Shown here: positions 1 to 7,450 of the stretch, in pieces | How the letters are laid out: each line of letters opens with the position of its first letter | Numbering within the stretch: position 1 is the stretch's first letter | Assembly: GCA_045805065.1 (NCBI GenBank) | Contig: JBJMMA010000156.1 | Span: 1-22,810 of the forward strand | From: Bdellovibrionia bacterium | Lineage (GTDB): Bacteria > Bdellovibrionota > UBA1018 | Length of the DNA: 22,810 nt | Reading direction: 5' to 3' | Made by a program: the position numbers and the translations under genes | Notes under the pieces: model-generated | What the model was told of the DNA's origin: nothing | Seen by the model: the letters and a program-made list of their open reading frames with translations, nothing else | Databases searched by the model: none

Positions 1-43
1 AACTGAGCTAGACAGCTTGACGCGGGGTGTGCTTTAAAGGGGC

Positions 44-1255
44 ATGCCTTCAGAGAAGTCTTCAGTTTATTCGCTCTTTGCTACAACGGCCAAGGAAATG
101 GAAACCCTCCTGGCCAAGGAGCTGGAAGACTTGGGAGCCACCCAAGTTGAGAAAAAGAGAGCGGGCGTATCTTTCAAAGGGGACTTGGAGACGGCTTATC
201 GAGTCTGTCTCTGGTCCCGGATCGCCAACCGCGTCCTGCTTCCGTTGAAAACGTTCCATGCCCCCAATCCTGAAAAGCTTTATGGGGGCGTGAAATCGAT
301 TCGTTGGTCTGATCACTTAGGTGCCGATCAAACCATCGCGGTCGATTTCAGCTCGTCACAGTCTCAGATTACTCATACTCACTTTGGTGCACTCAAAGTG
401 AAAGACGCCATCGTCGATCAGATGAGAAGCGTTCAAGGCACGCGTCCTTCGATCGACGTGCATACGCCCAATCTGAGAATCAATGTCTACGTTCTGAAAG
501 ACGAAGCCACCGTGAGCCTAGATTTGTCAGGCAATAGCCTTCATATGCGGGGCTATCGCGAAGAGGGAGCGTTTGCGCCTCTTAAGGAAAACCTGGCGGC
601 GGCGATTCTCGCTTATGCGGAATGGCCTCAGGTGATCCAAGAGAATCCGGCTGAGTTCGCCTTGGTGGATCCGATGTGCGGCTCCGGAACATTGCCGATC
701 GAAGCTGCCATGATGGCGGCGAAAATCGCCCCGGGCCTGGCTCGTGAATATTATGGTTTTATTGGCTGGAAACAGCATGAGCCTGAGATCTGGCGGAGAC
801 TCAAAGAAGAGGCGAATGACCTTGTGATCCGCGATCGCAAGAAGCTCCCAAAAATTGTGGGCTATGATCAGGATTTCCGAGCGGTCCGCGTAGCCATTGC
901 TAATCTGGAGCGAGCAGGGCTCAGGCAATCCGTTCACATCGAAAAGCGAGAGCTTTCGGGTGCGGACCCGATTGCGCCGCACGGCATTATTGTCGTGAAT
1001 CCTCCTTATGGCGAGCGTTTGGGTGATGTGGAGAGTCTCAAGCCGCTTTATGTCCAGCTTGGAGACACTTTTAAGAGGCGCTTCAAGGGTTGGACGGGCT
1101 ATATTTTTACGGGCAGTCCAGATCTGGCCAAGTCTGTGGGATTAAAGGCTTCTCGTCGTTACGTTCTTTTTAATGGTGCGATCGAGTGCCGTTTGCTCAA
1201 ATATGACCTGTACGAAGGTCGAAAAGGGCAGGACCCGGTTACTCCAAACGCATAA
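44..1255 (+). CDS. rlmL: THUMP-domain 23S rRNA m2G2445 methyltransferase, stand-alone RlmL-like (no RlmK half)
   Basis: 403 aa. N-terminal 'YRVCLWSRIANRVL' and THUMP region, 'SLHMRGYR...APLKENLAAA', SAM motif 'DPMCGSGT', 'NPPYGER', C-terminal 'LFNGAIECRL'. Purine-rich AAAGGGG before the ATG. Confidence 0.9.
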   Translation: MPSEKSSVYSLFATTAKEMETLLAKELEDLGATQVEKKRAGVSFKGDLETAYRVCLWSRIANRVLLPLKTFHAPNPEKLYGGVKSIRWSDHLGADQTIAVDFSSSQSQITHTHFGALKVKDAIVDQMRSVQGTRPSIDVHTPNLRINVYVLKDEATVSLDLSGNSLHMRGYREEGAFAPLKENLAAAILAYAEWPQVIQENPAEFALVDPMCGSGTLPIEAAMMAAKIAPGLAREYYGFIGWKQHEPEIWRRLKEEANDLVIRDRKKLPKIVGYDQDFRAVRVAIANLERAGLRQSVHIEKRELSGADPIAPHGIIVVNPPYGERLGDVESLKPLYVQLGDTFKRRFKGWTGYIFTGSPDLAKSVGLKASRRYVLFNGAIECRLLKYDLYEGRKGQDPVTPNA

Positions 1256-1307
1256 CCAGACTTGCGCCAAAGACGCACTTAACGTTAATATCTGCGCCTA
1301 AACATTG

Positions 1308-1364
1308 ATAAGCGTAGCGGCAGGGCCGCCTCGACTATAAGCGTAGCGGCGAGGCCGCCTCGAC
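1308..1364. repeat. Two 28-bp direct repeats (period 29), each with a GCGGC-N3-GCCGC hairpin; REP-like
   Basis: ATAAGCGTAGCGGCAGGGCCGCCTCGAC (1308-1335) and ATAAGCGTAGCGGCGAGGCCGCCTCGAC (1337-1364). They differ only in the hairpin loop. Confidence 0.9.
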
Positions 1365-1376
1365 AAAAAACAAACT

Positions 1377-1970
1377 ATGGCAAACAAACAAGACAATCAT
1401 CACGACCAGAATCACGATGTCGTTTATCCAAGCGGAATGGACCCTGAGTCCAAGGCCTTTTTCGAAAAAATGGCCGAGTACCAAAAAGTACGCGCCAATA
1501 AAGTGAACGGAGTCAAAACCGTTCTCGTCGTGATCTCATCACGTGGGATGGTTTTTGATATCGAGTCACTTCGTCAGAAGATTCTTCTCTCTTACCCAGA
1601 GGCTGCTGTTTTCTTCCTTACGACGCTGGGCAAGCCGATTGGCGCCCTCGCTCCGGAGCGCGTCGATCTTTTGATCGATTTCACTGGCCCGCGCCAGCGC
1701 CAAGGGCTCTTTTACGCGCGCAAGCTTCGCAAGATGGCGCGCGTTGCCGTTGGCCGGAACGCCGGTCTTTTCCGTAAAAAACTTTTTGATCGTGTTTACG
1801 ACGAGAAGGCTCAGCAGGCTTCGTTGCCCGTTGATCTTTTGAAGCGCGAAAGAATCGTACAACGCTTTGTCCTCGAAATGGCAGGCGTTGCGTTTGTCCC
1901 CATGGGCGATGTTCACCCGGATCGTGGCAAGATCACGCCGCTCGAGCTCCCGCCCTTAGCTCGGAGTTGA
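1377..1970 (+). CDS. Hypothetical protein resembling the N-terminal Rossmann domain of GT9 (heptosyltransferase-like) glycosyltransferases
   Basis: 197 aa ORF filling the gap and overlapping the next start. 'KTVLVV...LRQKILLSYPEAAVFFL...VDLLIDF...ARVAVG' recalls the GT9 N-domain pattern. The function call is weak. Confidence 0.6.
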   Translation: MANKQDNHHDQNHDVVYPSGMDPESKAFFEKMAEYQKVRANKVNGVKTVLVVISSRGMVFDIESLRQKILLSYPEAAVFFLTTLGKPIGALAPERVDLLIDFTGPRQRQGLFYARKLRKMARVAVGRNAGLFRKKLFDRVYDEKAQQASLPVDLLKRERIVQRFVLEMAGVAFVPMGDVHPDRGKITPLELPPLARS

Positions 1971-3472
1971 AGGGTAGGTTGTCAGTGCGAATTCTCAAGT
2001 TTCTCGCGTCGCTCAAGATTGCGGTGCTAGTCATCCTAGGACTGGCATTCGCTTGTGCGACAGCGACCGTCTTGGAATCGCTCTACGATACGCCAACTGC
2101 AAAGTACTGGGTCTATTCCGCGTTCTGGTTCCGCGGAATCCTGGCCTTGCTGTGCATCAATCTTGCGGCTGTTATGGTGGATCGCTGGCCGTGGAAGGTG
2201 AAGCACGCCCCCTTTCTTCTGGCCCATATCGGAATCCTTCTCCTGATGTTTGGTTCCTGGTTGACGGAGAAGACGGGCCTGGACGGAAGCCTTCGCATCT
2301 CGGAAGGCGAGTCCGGAAGCATCGTTGAAGTCGATGAACCGATGCTCGTCGTGACAGAGAAGGGGAAGGTTCAATCCTTTCCAGTGAAATGGATTCCGCC
2401 TGAAGTTCAGTTCTCACCTCGCTCGTTCAAAGATGAGCTGGGATATGATCTCAAGATCCAAGACTACATTACTCACGCCGATCCGCTTTTTGAGTTCGTG
2501 CAACGCGATGCCCGCATGGCTCCAGTGGACCATCCCAAGCCAGCGCTGAAGATCACGCTGACTGGCGGCCCAATGCAGATCACCCAGGATTTCTGGCTCT
2601 GGACCGGAGATCCTTCTACCCAAGGAATGCAGGCCGGTCCTGCTTGGCTTGAACTGACGGACGCAACCGATCCAGCCTCTCCGCCTGCTCGTCCAGATGG
2701 AGCAGGACCCCAAGGACCAAAGCTCAGCTTCAAGGTGGAGAAGGGCGGCGTTCTCTCCTGGCGCTCTGTCTCGTCGACAGGAGAAGTGACCCAAGGTCGC
2801 GCCCCGATTTCTGAAGTCAAAAACAAGCCGATTGATCCTCGTTGGAAGATGGTGAAGATCACATTGAACGAGTTCATTCCGGATGCCTGGGTCAATACGA
2901 CCTATAAGCTTTCACGCATTCAGCATGGTCAGATGGCCCCGCCATCTGCTGTTCATGTCGTCGTAGGCGAGGCTAAAAACCAGGCGGATGTCTGGTTGGG
3001 AATGGGATCGCGCGCGGTTCTCAATGCCGCAGGTCGTGAGGTTGAGATCGGATATTTCCCAAAACGCCTGATGCTTCCGTTTTCCGTAAGGCTCGATCAC
3101 TTTACCGTGGATCGCTATCAGGGAACAAACAACCCTGCTGCGTACTCATCCAAAGTGACGGTATTGGGAGGCGATCCCAATCATTCAGAATTGAGCCAGG
3201 TCATCAGCATGAACGAGCCTTTAGAGTACAAGGGCATCACCCTGTACCAGGCCAGTTATGAGGATGCTCAGCCTCGTCCAGTGACTTCCATTTTGTCTGT
3301 TAACCGCGATCCGGGCCGCCATCATAAATACATTGGCTCGCTTTTGATCGTTCTTGGATCCGCTTGGCTTTTCGCTGTGAAGTATCGCAGTAATAAAAAA
3401 TCCAAACAGGGCCAAACCACTGTCGGATCATCGACCTCATCTGAGAGTCATGAAGCAGGAGTCAGCGTATGA
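1967..3472 (+). CDS. resB: Cytochrome c biogenesis protein ResB/CcsB (system II)
   Basis: Three N-terminal TM helices ('FLASLKIAV', 'YSAFWF', 'LAHIGILLL' with the conserved His), large periplasmic domain, 'LPFSVRLDHF', 'ISMNEPLEYKGITLYQASY', 'SVNRDPG' and a C-terminal TM. Start is TTG 1967 or GTG 1985. Confidence 0.88.
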   Translation: MKGRLSVRILKFLASLKIAVLVILGLAFACATATVLESLYDTPTAKYWVYSAFWFRGILALLCINLAAVMVDRWPWKVKHAPFLLAHIGILLLMFGSWLTEKTGLDGSLRISEGESGSIVEVDEPMLVVTEKGKVQSFPVKWIPPEVQFSPRSFKDELGYDLKIQDYITHADPLFEFVQRDARMAPVDHPKPALKITLTGGPMQITQDFWLWTGDPSTQGMQAGPAWLELTDATDPASPPARPDGAGPQGPKLSFKVEKGGVLSWRSVSSTGEVTQGRAPISEVKNKPIDPRWKMVKITLNEFIPDAWVNTTYKLSRIQHGQMAPPSAVHVVVGEAKNQADVWLGMGSRAVLNAAGREVEIGYFPKRLMLPFSVRLDHFTVDRYQGTNNPAAYSSKVTVLGGDPNHSELSQVISMNEPLEYKGITLYQASYEDAQPRPVTSILSVNRDPGRHHKYIGSLLIVLGSAWLFAVKYRSNKKSKQGQTTVGSSTSSESHEAGVSV

Positions 3473-5340
3473 GATTCAAAAACACTGTTTTGGGAGTGCT
3501 TCTTTTTTCTTCGTTAAGCGTTGCATACGCTGAGACAGCACCTTCGGCACCTTCAGCGCAGTCGGCACCTTCAGCGCAGTCGGCTCCTTCAGCACAGTCA
3601 GCTCCTATCGTAGGTGAAGCCGGAGCAGGGGAGCAGCGTAAGGGTTGGTCTTTCAAAGAATTTCGTCTGATCCCGGTTCAGAGCGGCGGTCGGATCAAGC
3701 CTTTTGATTCGCTGTCTCGTGAGATCGTTCTTTTTGAAACCGGATCCCGATCCTTTGAAGGTTGGGAGCCCATCGATCTGATGTTCTCCTGGCTGACGTA
3801 TCCGGCCTATTGGCAGAACTATAAGTTCATCAAAATCGGTCGCGTGGATGTGCGCCGCCAGCTTGGAGTGGACGAGAAGCGCACTTACTTCAGTCCAGCC
3901 GAGCTTTTTGGAAACTACGCTTTGCTGCAGTACGCGCGCGAAATGCAGTCGGGTGGAAAAAACCAGGCTGAAGCCCTGAACGGCAAAACGGATACTGGCA
4001 AAAAAGAAAGTCCCCGCGAAACCGAACTTCAGAACGTCTTTCAACGTTTGGGCATTTTCCGTGATGTCGTGGCCGGAAAGGCCTGGACCATTGTTCCGCA
4101 GCCGGACGGAAGACCTTGGCTCACCATCGCTGACGCAGGAAAAGAAGCGGATCTGGTCCGAAGTCACTTTGTCGGCGTCGTGAAGTCCTATCAGGCAAAA
4201 GATGAGACCGGCTTTGATCGCTCCTCCACGCTCACTCGCGCCGCAGTTCAAGGCGAGATCAGTGGCTGGACCGAGCATGAGTCGAATCAGATCGGCGCAG
4301 AAGCTTTTTATAACCGGCTCCATCCATTCCAGTACGCCTGGATTCTCTATCTCATTGCAGCCATCCTTTGGCTGATGGCACCCAAGAGCTCGGGCAATGT
4401 GGTGAAGGATGCCACCCGCACGAGAAACTGGAAGACGACGCTTGCAGGTTGGGCAACAGTCGGTGGATTTGCTTTCCATACGCTGGGAATCGCGCTCCGC
4501 TGTTACATCGCGGGTCGTCCTCCCGTGACCAATATGTATGAGTCCATCATCTGGGTTTGCTATGGCACCGTGATTTTCGCCGCGATCCTGCTTTGGATTC
4601 AGAAGAACTCGGTCACCCTGATTGTTGCGTCCGCCTTGGCGACAGTTGGATTGATCGCAGCTGACTCGGCTCCTGCGATGATGGATCCAGGACTTCATCC
4701 TTTGATGCCAGTTCTGAGAAGCAATTACTGGCTGACGATCCACGTTCTGACGATCACCCTGAGCTACTCGGCGTTTGCACTCACGTTGGGAATCGCCAAC
4801 GTCACGCTCTGGAACTTCTTCAAACAGGACCGTGCACGCCTGGCCGGAGATCAAGCCGGCGCCGCGGCTGCTCAGCAGCGCATTTCAGGCTTAAATCTGC
4901 TTACGTATCGCTCCATGCAGTTTGGTATCGTGCTGGTTGCTGCAGGAACCATCTTGGGCGGCGTCTGGGCGGATTATTCCTGGGGTCGTTTCTGGGGATG
5001 GGATCCTAAGGAAGTCTGGGCGCTTGTCGTGACGCTGACTTACTTGGCGATTGTTCACGGACGCATGACGAACTGGATTCGTCCGTTCGCCTTTGCCGTG
5101 ACGTCAGTCATGGGCTTTTTGTCTGTTCTCATGGCCTGGTACGGAGTGAACTTCATTCTGGGAGTAGGGCTGCACTCGTATGGTTTTGCCTCAGGCGGAA
5201 CGGGATACGTTGCAGGCTTCAGTGCCTTGCAGCTTCTTTATGTGGGCGCGGTCGCGCTTTATCATAAGGCTACGGAAGCGAAGCTTGCGGGGGGCTTGAA
5301 GGCTGCCTCCATTTCGCCTGAGAGTCCTCAGAACGCTTAA
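3469..5340 (+). CDS. ccsA: Cytochrome c biogenesis protein CcsA/ResC with an N-terminal signal peptide and periplasmic extension
   Basis: WWD motif 'WADYSWGRFWGWDPKEVW', 'PPVTNMYES', 'PVLRSNYWLTIHV', 'GLHSYG'. ATGA overlap with resB. Confidence 0.93.
   Translation: MRFKNTVLGVLLFSSLSVAYAETAPSAPSAQSAPSAQSAPSAQSAPIVGEAGAGEQRKGWSFKEFRLIPVQSGGRIKPFDSLSREIVLFETGSRSFEGWEPIDLMFSWLTYPAYWQNYKFIKIGRVDVRRQLGVDEKRTYFSPAELFGNYALLQYAREMQSGGKNQAEALNGKTDTGKKESPRETELQNVFQRLGIFRDVVAGKAWTIVPQPDGRPWLTIADAGKEADLVRSHFVGVVKSYQAKDETGFDRSSTLTRAAVQGEISGWTEHESNQIGAEAFYNRLHPFQYAWILYLIAAILWLMAPKSSGNVVKDATRTRNWKTTLAGWATVGGFAFHTLGIALRCYIAGRPPVTNMYESIIWVCYGTVIFAAILLWIQKNSVTLIVASALATVGLIAADSAPAMMDPGLHPLMPVLRSNYWLTIHVLTITLSYSAFALTLGIANVTLWNFFKQDRARLAGDQAGAAAAQQRISGLNLLTYRSMQFGIVLVAAGTILGGVWADYSWGRFWGWDPKEVWALVVTLTYLAIVHGRMTNWIRPFAFAVTSVMGFLSVLMAWYGVNFILGVGLHSYGFASGGTGYVAGFSALQLLYVGAVALYHKATEAKLAGGLKAASISPESPQNA
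3538..3606 (+). repeat. In-frame 18-bp tandem repeat encoding APS(APSAQS)x3AP
   Basis: GCACCTTCAGCGCAGTCG-like unit, three full copies plus partial copies, just after the predicted signal peptide of ccsA. Confidence 0.9.
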
Positions 5341-5381
5341 CTTATTGTTATCATTTAAATAAGTCAAAAGTACTTGGCTGT

Positions 5382-5438
5382 TAAGGTGTTTTATAAGACG
5401 TCTTAAGCTGCATTTAAGATGTCTTATGAGGCGTCGTA
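5382..5438. promoter_or_regulatory. Four 12-bp palindromic boxes (consensus TAAGACGTCTTA) in two abutting pairs; putative protein-binding array
   Basis: TAAGGTGTTTTA 5382-5393, TAAGACGTCTTA 5394-5405 (perfect palindrome), TAAGATGTCTTA 5415-5426, TGAGGCGTCGTA 5427-5438. Confidence 0.6.
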
Positions 5439-5447
5439 ACCTTGATT

Positions 5448-5471
5448 TATGGTGCTATATAAGTCACCATA
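5448..5471. promoter_or_regulatory. Inverted repeat TATGGTG-N10-CACCATA, candidate operator for mobile mystery protein A
   Basis: 7-bp perfect arms around CTATATAAGT, ending 7 bp before the ATG of an HTH gene. TTGATT lies directly upstream (5442-5447). Confidence 0.5.
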
Positions 5472-5478
5472 GATCCAT

Positions 5479-5949
5479 ATGAAGCTCAATAAATCGGTAC
5501 TGCATACTCAGCGACAGCAGCTCGATCGTCAGCTCTCCAGCGGCCTATCATTGAAAAAGGTTCATCGGCCTCGTCGAGGATGGATTAAGGCGATTCGAGA
5601 AGCTTTAGGCATGTCGAGTCAGCAACTTGCTGAATATCTTAATACAGATAAAGCCGCGGTGCTGCGCCTCGAGGATCGGGAAGTGAAAGGTACTGTGACT
5701 CTTGAGTCCTTAGATCGTGCTGCAAGAGCGATGGGTTGCAAGCTGGTTTACGCCATTGTTCCTGAAGAAAGTCTGGAAGAGCTCGTAGACCAAAAGGCGA
5801 GAAAAGCTGCTCTGAAAATTTTAGGTCCAGTTTCACATTCCATGAGTCTAGAAGCACAGGAGGTTGATGAGCACATCTCTAACAGCCAACTCGATTCATT
5901 AGCTAAAGAGTTGAAAGCAAAGCTTGATCCTGCGTTGTGGAAAAAATGA
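5479..5949 (+). CDS. Mobile mystery protein A (XRE-type HTH DNA-binding protein)
   Basis: 156 aa. Family-typical 'P..GWIKAIREALGMS..QLA', 'VTLESL.RAA.AMGCKLVYAIVP', 'HSMSLEAQ' and terminal 'LW'. Paired with a Fic gene. Confidence 0.92.
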   Translation: MKLNKSVLHTQRQQLDRQLSSGLSLKKVHRPRRGWIKAIREALGMSSQQLAEYLNTDKAAVLRLEDREVKGTVTLESLDRAARAMGCKLVYAIVPEESLEELVDQKARKAALKILGPVSHSMSLEAQEVDEHISNSQLDSLAKELKAKLDPALWKK

Positions 5950-5952
5950 TTT

Positions 5953-6552
5953 GTGACGATCGAACTTGAGTTTCCAGAAGGCGCTACTCCCTTAGACCCG
6001 GATGAGACACAAGATCTTATTCCTTCATACATCTCTACACAAGGTGAACTGAATGCTGCAGAACAGGCCAATATTCTAAAAGCCCGTCAATGGGCGATGT
6101 CGAAAAAAGGTCGAGATGTGCTGGATGATCAGTTCTTACGAGAGCTTCATAAACGCATGTTTGGGGACGTCTGGAGGTGGGCGGGAGCTTATCGAAAGTC
6201 TGGAAAAAATATCGGAGTCAGCTCTCCTCAAATTTCTTCCGAAGTTCGAAGCTTAATTGAAGATGCCAGGTTCTGGATCTCGAATGCGACCTTTACATGG
6301 GATGAGTTGGGATCAAGGTTTCATCATCGACTGGTGTCGATTCATCCTTTTTCTAACGGAAATGGAAGACATGCGAGACTTATGACAGATCTTCTTCTTT
6401 TATCGCATGATCAAGCTGTCTTTACTTGGGGTGCCCTAAAGGACTCACAAAGCATTGGAAGTAATGGCAGTGTGCGAGATGATTACATCAAAGCGCTGCG
6501 TGCTGCAGACCGAAATCAGTTTGATCTGCTGATTCAATTTGTAAGGTCATGA
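5953..6552 (+). CDS. Mobile mystery protein B (Fic/DOC family protein)
   Basis: 199 aa. 'PEGATPLDPDE', 'ELNAAEQANI', 'LHKRMFGDVWRWAG.YR', and an intact Fic motif 'HPFSNGNGRHAR'. Confidence 0.92.
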   Translation: MTIELEFPEGATPLDPDETQDLIPSYISTQGELNAAEQANILKARQWAMSKKGRDVLDDQFLRELHKRMFGDVWRWAGAYRKSGKNIGVSSPQISSEVRSLIEDARFWISNATFTWDELGSRFHHRLVSIHPFSNGNGRHARLMTDLLLLSHDQAVFTWGALKDSQSIGSNGSVRDDYIKALRAADRNQFDLLIQFVRS

Positions 6553-6578
6553 TGAGCGGATGTGAAGGTCAGAACGGT

Positions 6579-7025
6579 TTATTTCTGGCCCAAAAGCGCC
6601 GCAATCTCGTCTTCACTGACAGAAGGGCGACGTCCACCCAGGCTCTTGAGAACGGACTCCAGGCGCTGAACCAGGATCTGCTGTTCGTCGCCATCGGACT
6701 TGCCCGGGTTTTCGATGATGAACTTCACGGTCGTCAAAGCGTCCCAAAGGCTCGACATGCATTTTCTCATTTGATGAGTCGAGGTGACTGCGGCTGCTTT
6801 GACAGAAATTTCCTCGCCCAAGCCCGCGATGTGCGCAATATCGGCAAGCTCGAGCTGCTGAGCGGTGCCGCGGATCGCGATCATGCGCTGGCAGAAAGAG
6901 GTGAACTCGGTTGCGCTCTCTGCGCCACCCGATGCGAGTTTATTGAGGCTGTTTTCTGCCTCAATCGCAAAACCAGAAAGCTCGCGGATGAACTCCTGCA
7001 AACGCTCGTTTTCGATACTGGCCAT
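6579..7025 (-). CDS. HPt/CheA-P1-like helical protein lacking the phospho-acceptor His
   Basis: 148 aa. 'FCQRMIAIRGTAQQLELADIAHIAGLGEEI' aligns by eye to the HPt pattern 'IFRxxHTIKGxAxxLGLxxxxxxAHxxE' with Ile at the His position. The start overlaps the upstream receiver stop (TGATG). Confidence 0.7.
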   Translation of the reverse strand: MASIENERLQEFIRELSGFAIEAENSLNKLASGGAESATEFTSFCQRMIAIRGTAQQLELADIAHIAGLGEEISVKAAAVTSTHQMRKCMSSLWDALTTVKFIIENPGKSDGDEQQILVQRLESVLKSLGGRRPSVSEDEIAALLGQK

Positions 7026-7414
7026 CAGAGCACCTGCCTTTTCAGTAAAACACTATAAATCTTGCTCATATGGTTAAGTGTCAACGGCTTGATAATGTAG
7101 TCGTCGACGCCAGATTGAATCGCTTCAAGGACCATTTCACGCGTTGTCTCAGCCGTCACCATGATGAAAGCAATCTTTCCAAGAGCAGGGTGCTGCCGGA
7201 CAAACTTGAGAAACTCGTAACCATTCACAGGAGTCATGTGCCAGTCGCAAAGTACGAGATGGAAGGGCTCAGCTTCAAGCGCGGCCTTTGCTTCTTGGGC
7301 ATTGCCTGCGAGTTTGACGTTCTTGAAGCCAAAAGAGCGGAGGAGGTCCCGGAATTGAATCCGGACCGCGTTCACATCATCAATGACGAGAATTTTTACA
7401 TCCGCTTGTTCCAC
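7025..7414 (-). CDS. Single-domain CheY-like response regulator
   Basis: 129 aa. 'ILVIDD', phospho-Asp in 'LCDWHMTPVNG', 'FIMVTAE', 'YIIKP'. No output domain. Confidence 0.92.
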   Translation of the reverse strand: MEQADVKILVIDDVNAVRIQFRDLLRSFGFKNVKLAGNAQEAKAALEAEPFHLVLCDWHMTPVNGYEFLKFVRQHPALGKIAFIMVTAETTREMVLEAIQSGVDDYIIKPLTLNHMSKIYSVLLKRQVL

Positions 7415-7450
7415 ACTTTAAGTGTACTTGAGCCATACGAGCAGGCAAGC

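Noticed and set aside
1308..1364. Mini CRISPR array (28-bp palindromic repeats)
   Set aside because: Only two copies separated by 1 bp, so there is no spacer, and there are no cas genes in the window.
3598..4854. 418-aa minus-strand ORF
   Set aside because: Entirely antisense to ccsA with no recognisable motifs; a shadow ORF.
5340..5440. dif/Xer site or IS ends flanking the mobile mystery cassette
   Set aside because: No convincing XerD arm (TTATGTTAAAT) with 11-6-11 spacing, and no matching repeat seen at the right boundary (6553-6578).
6549..7058. 169-aa plus-strand ORF overlapping the Fic stop
   Set aside because: Antisense to the HPt-like gene, which has the better protein pattern and is coupled to the receiver gene.
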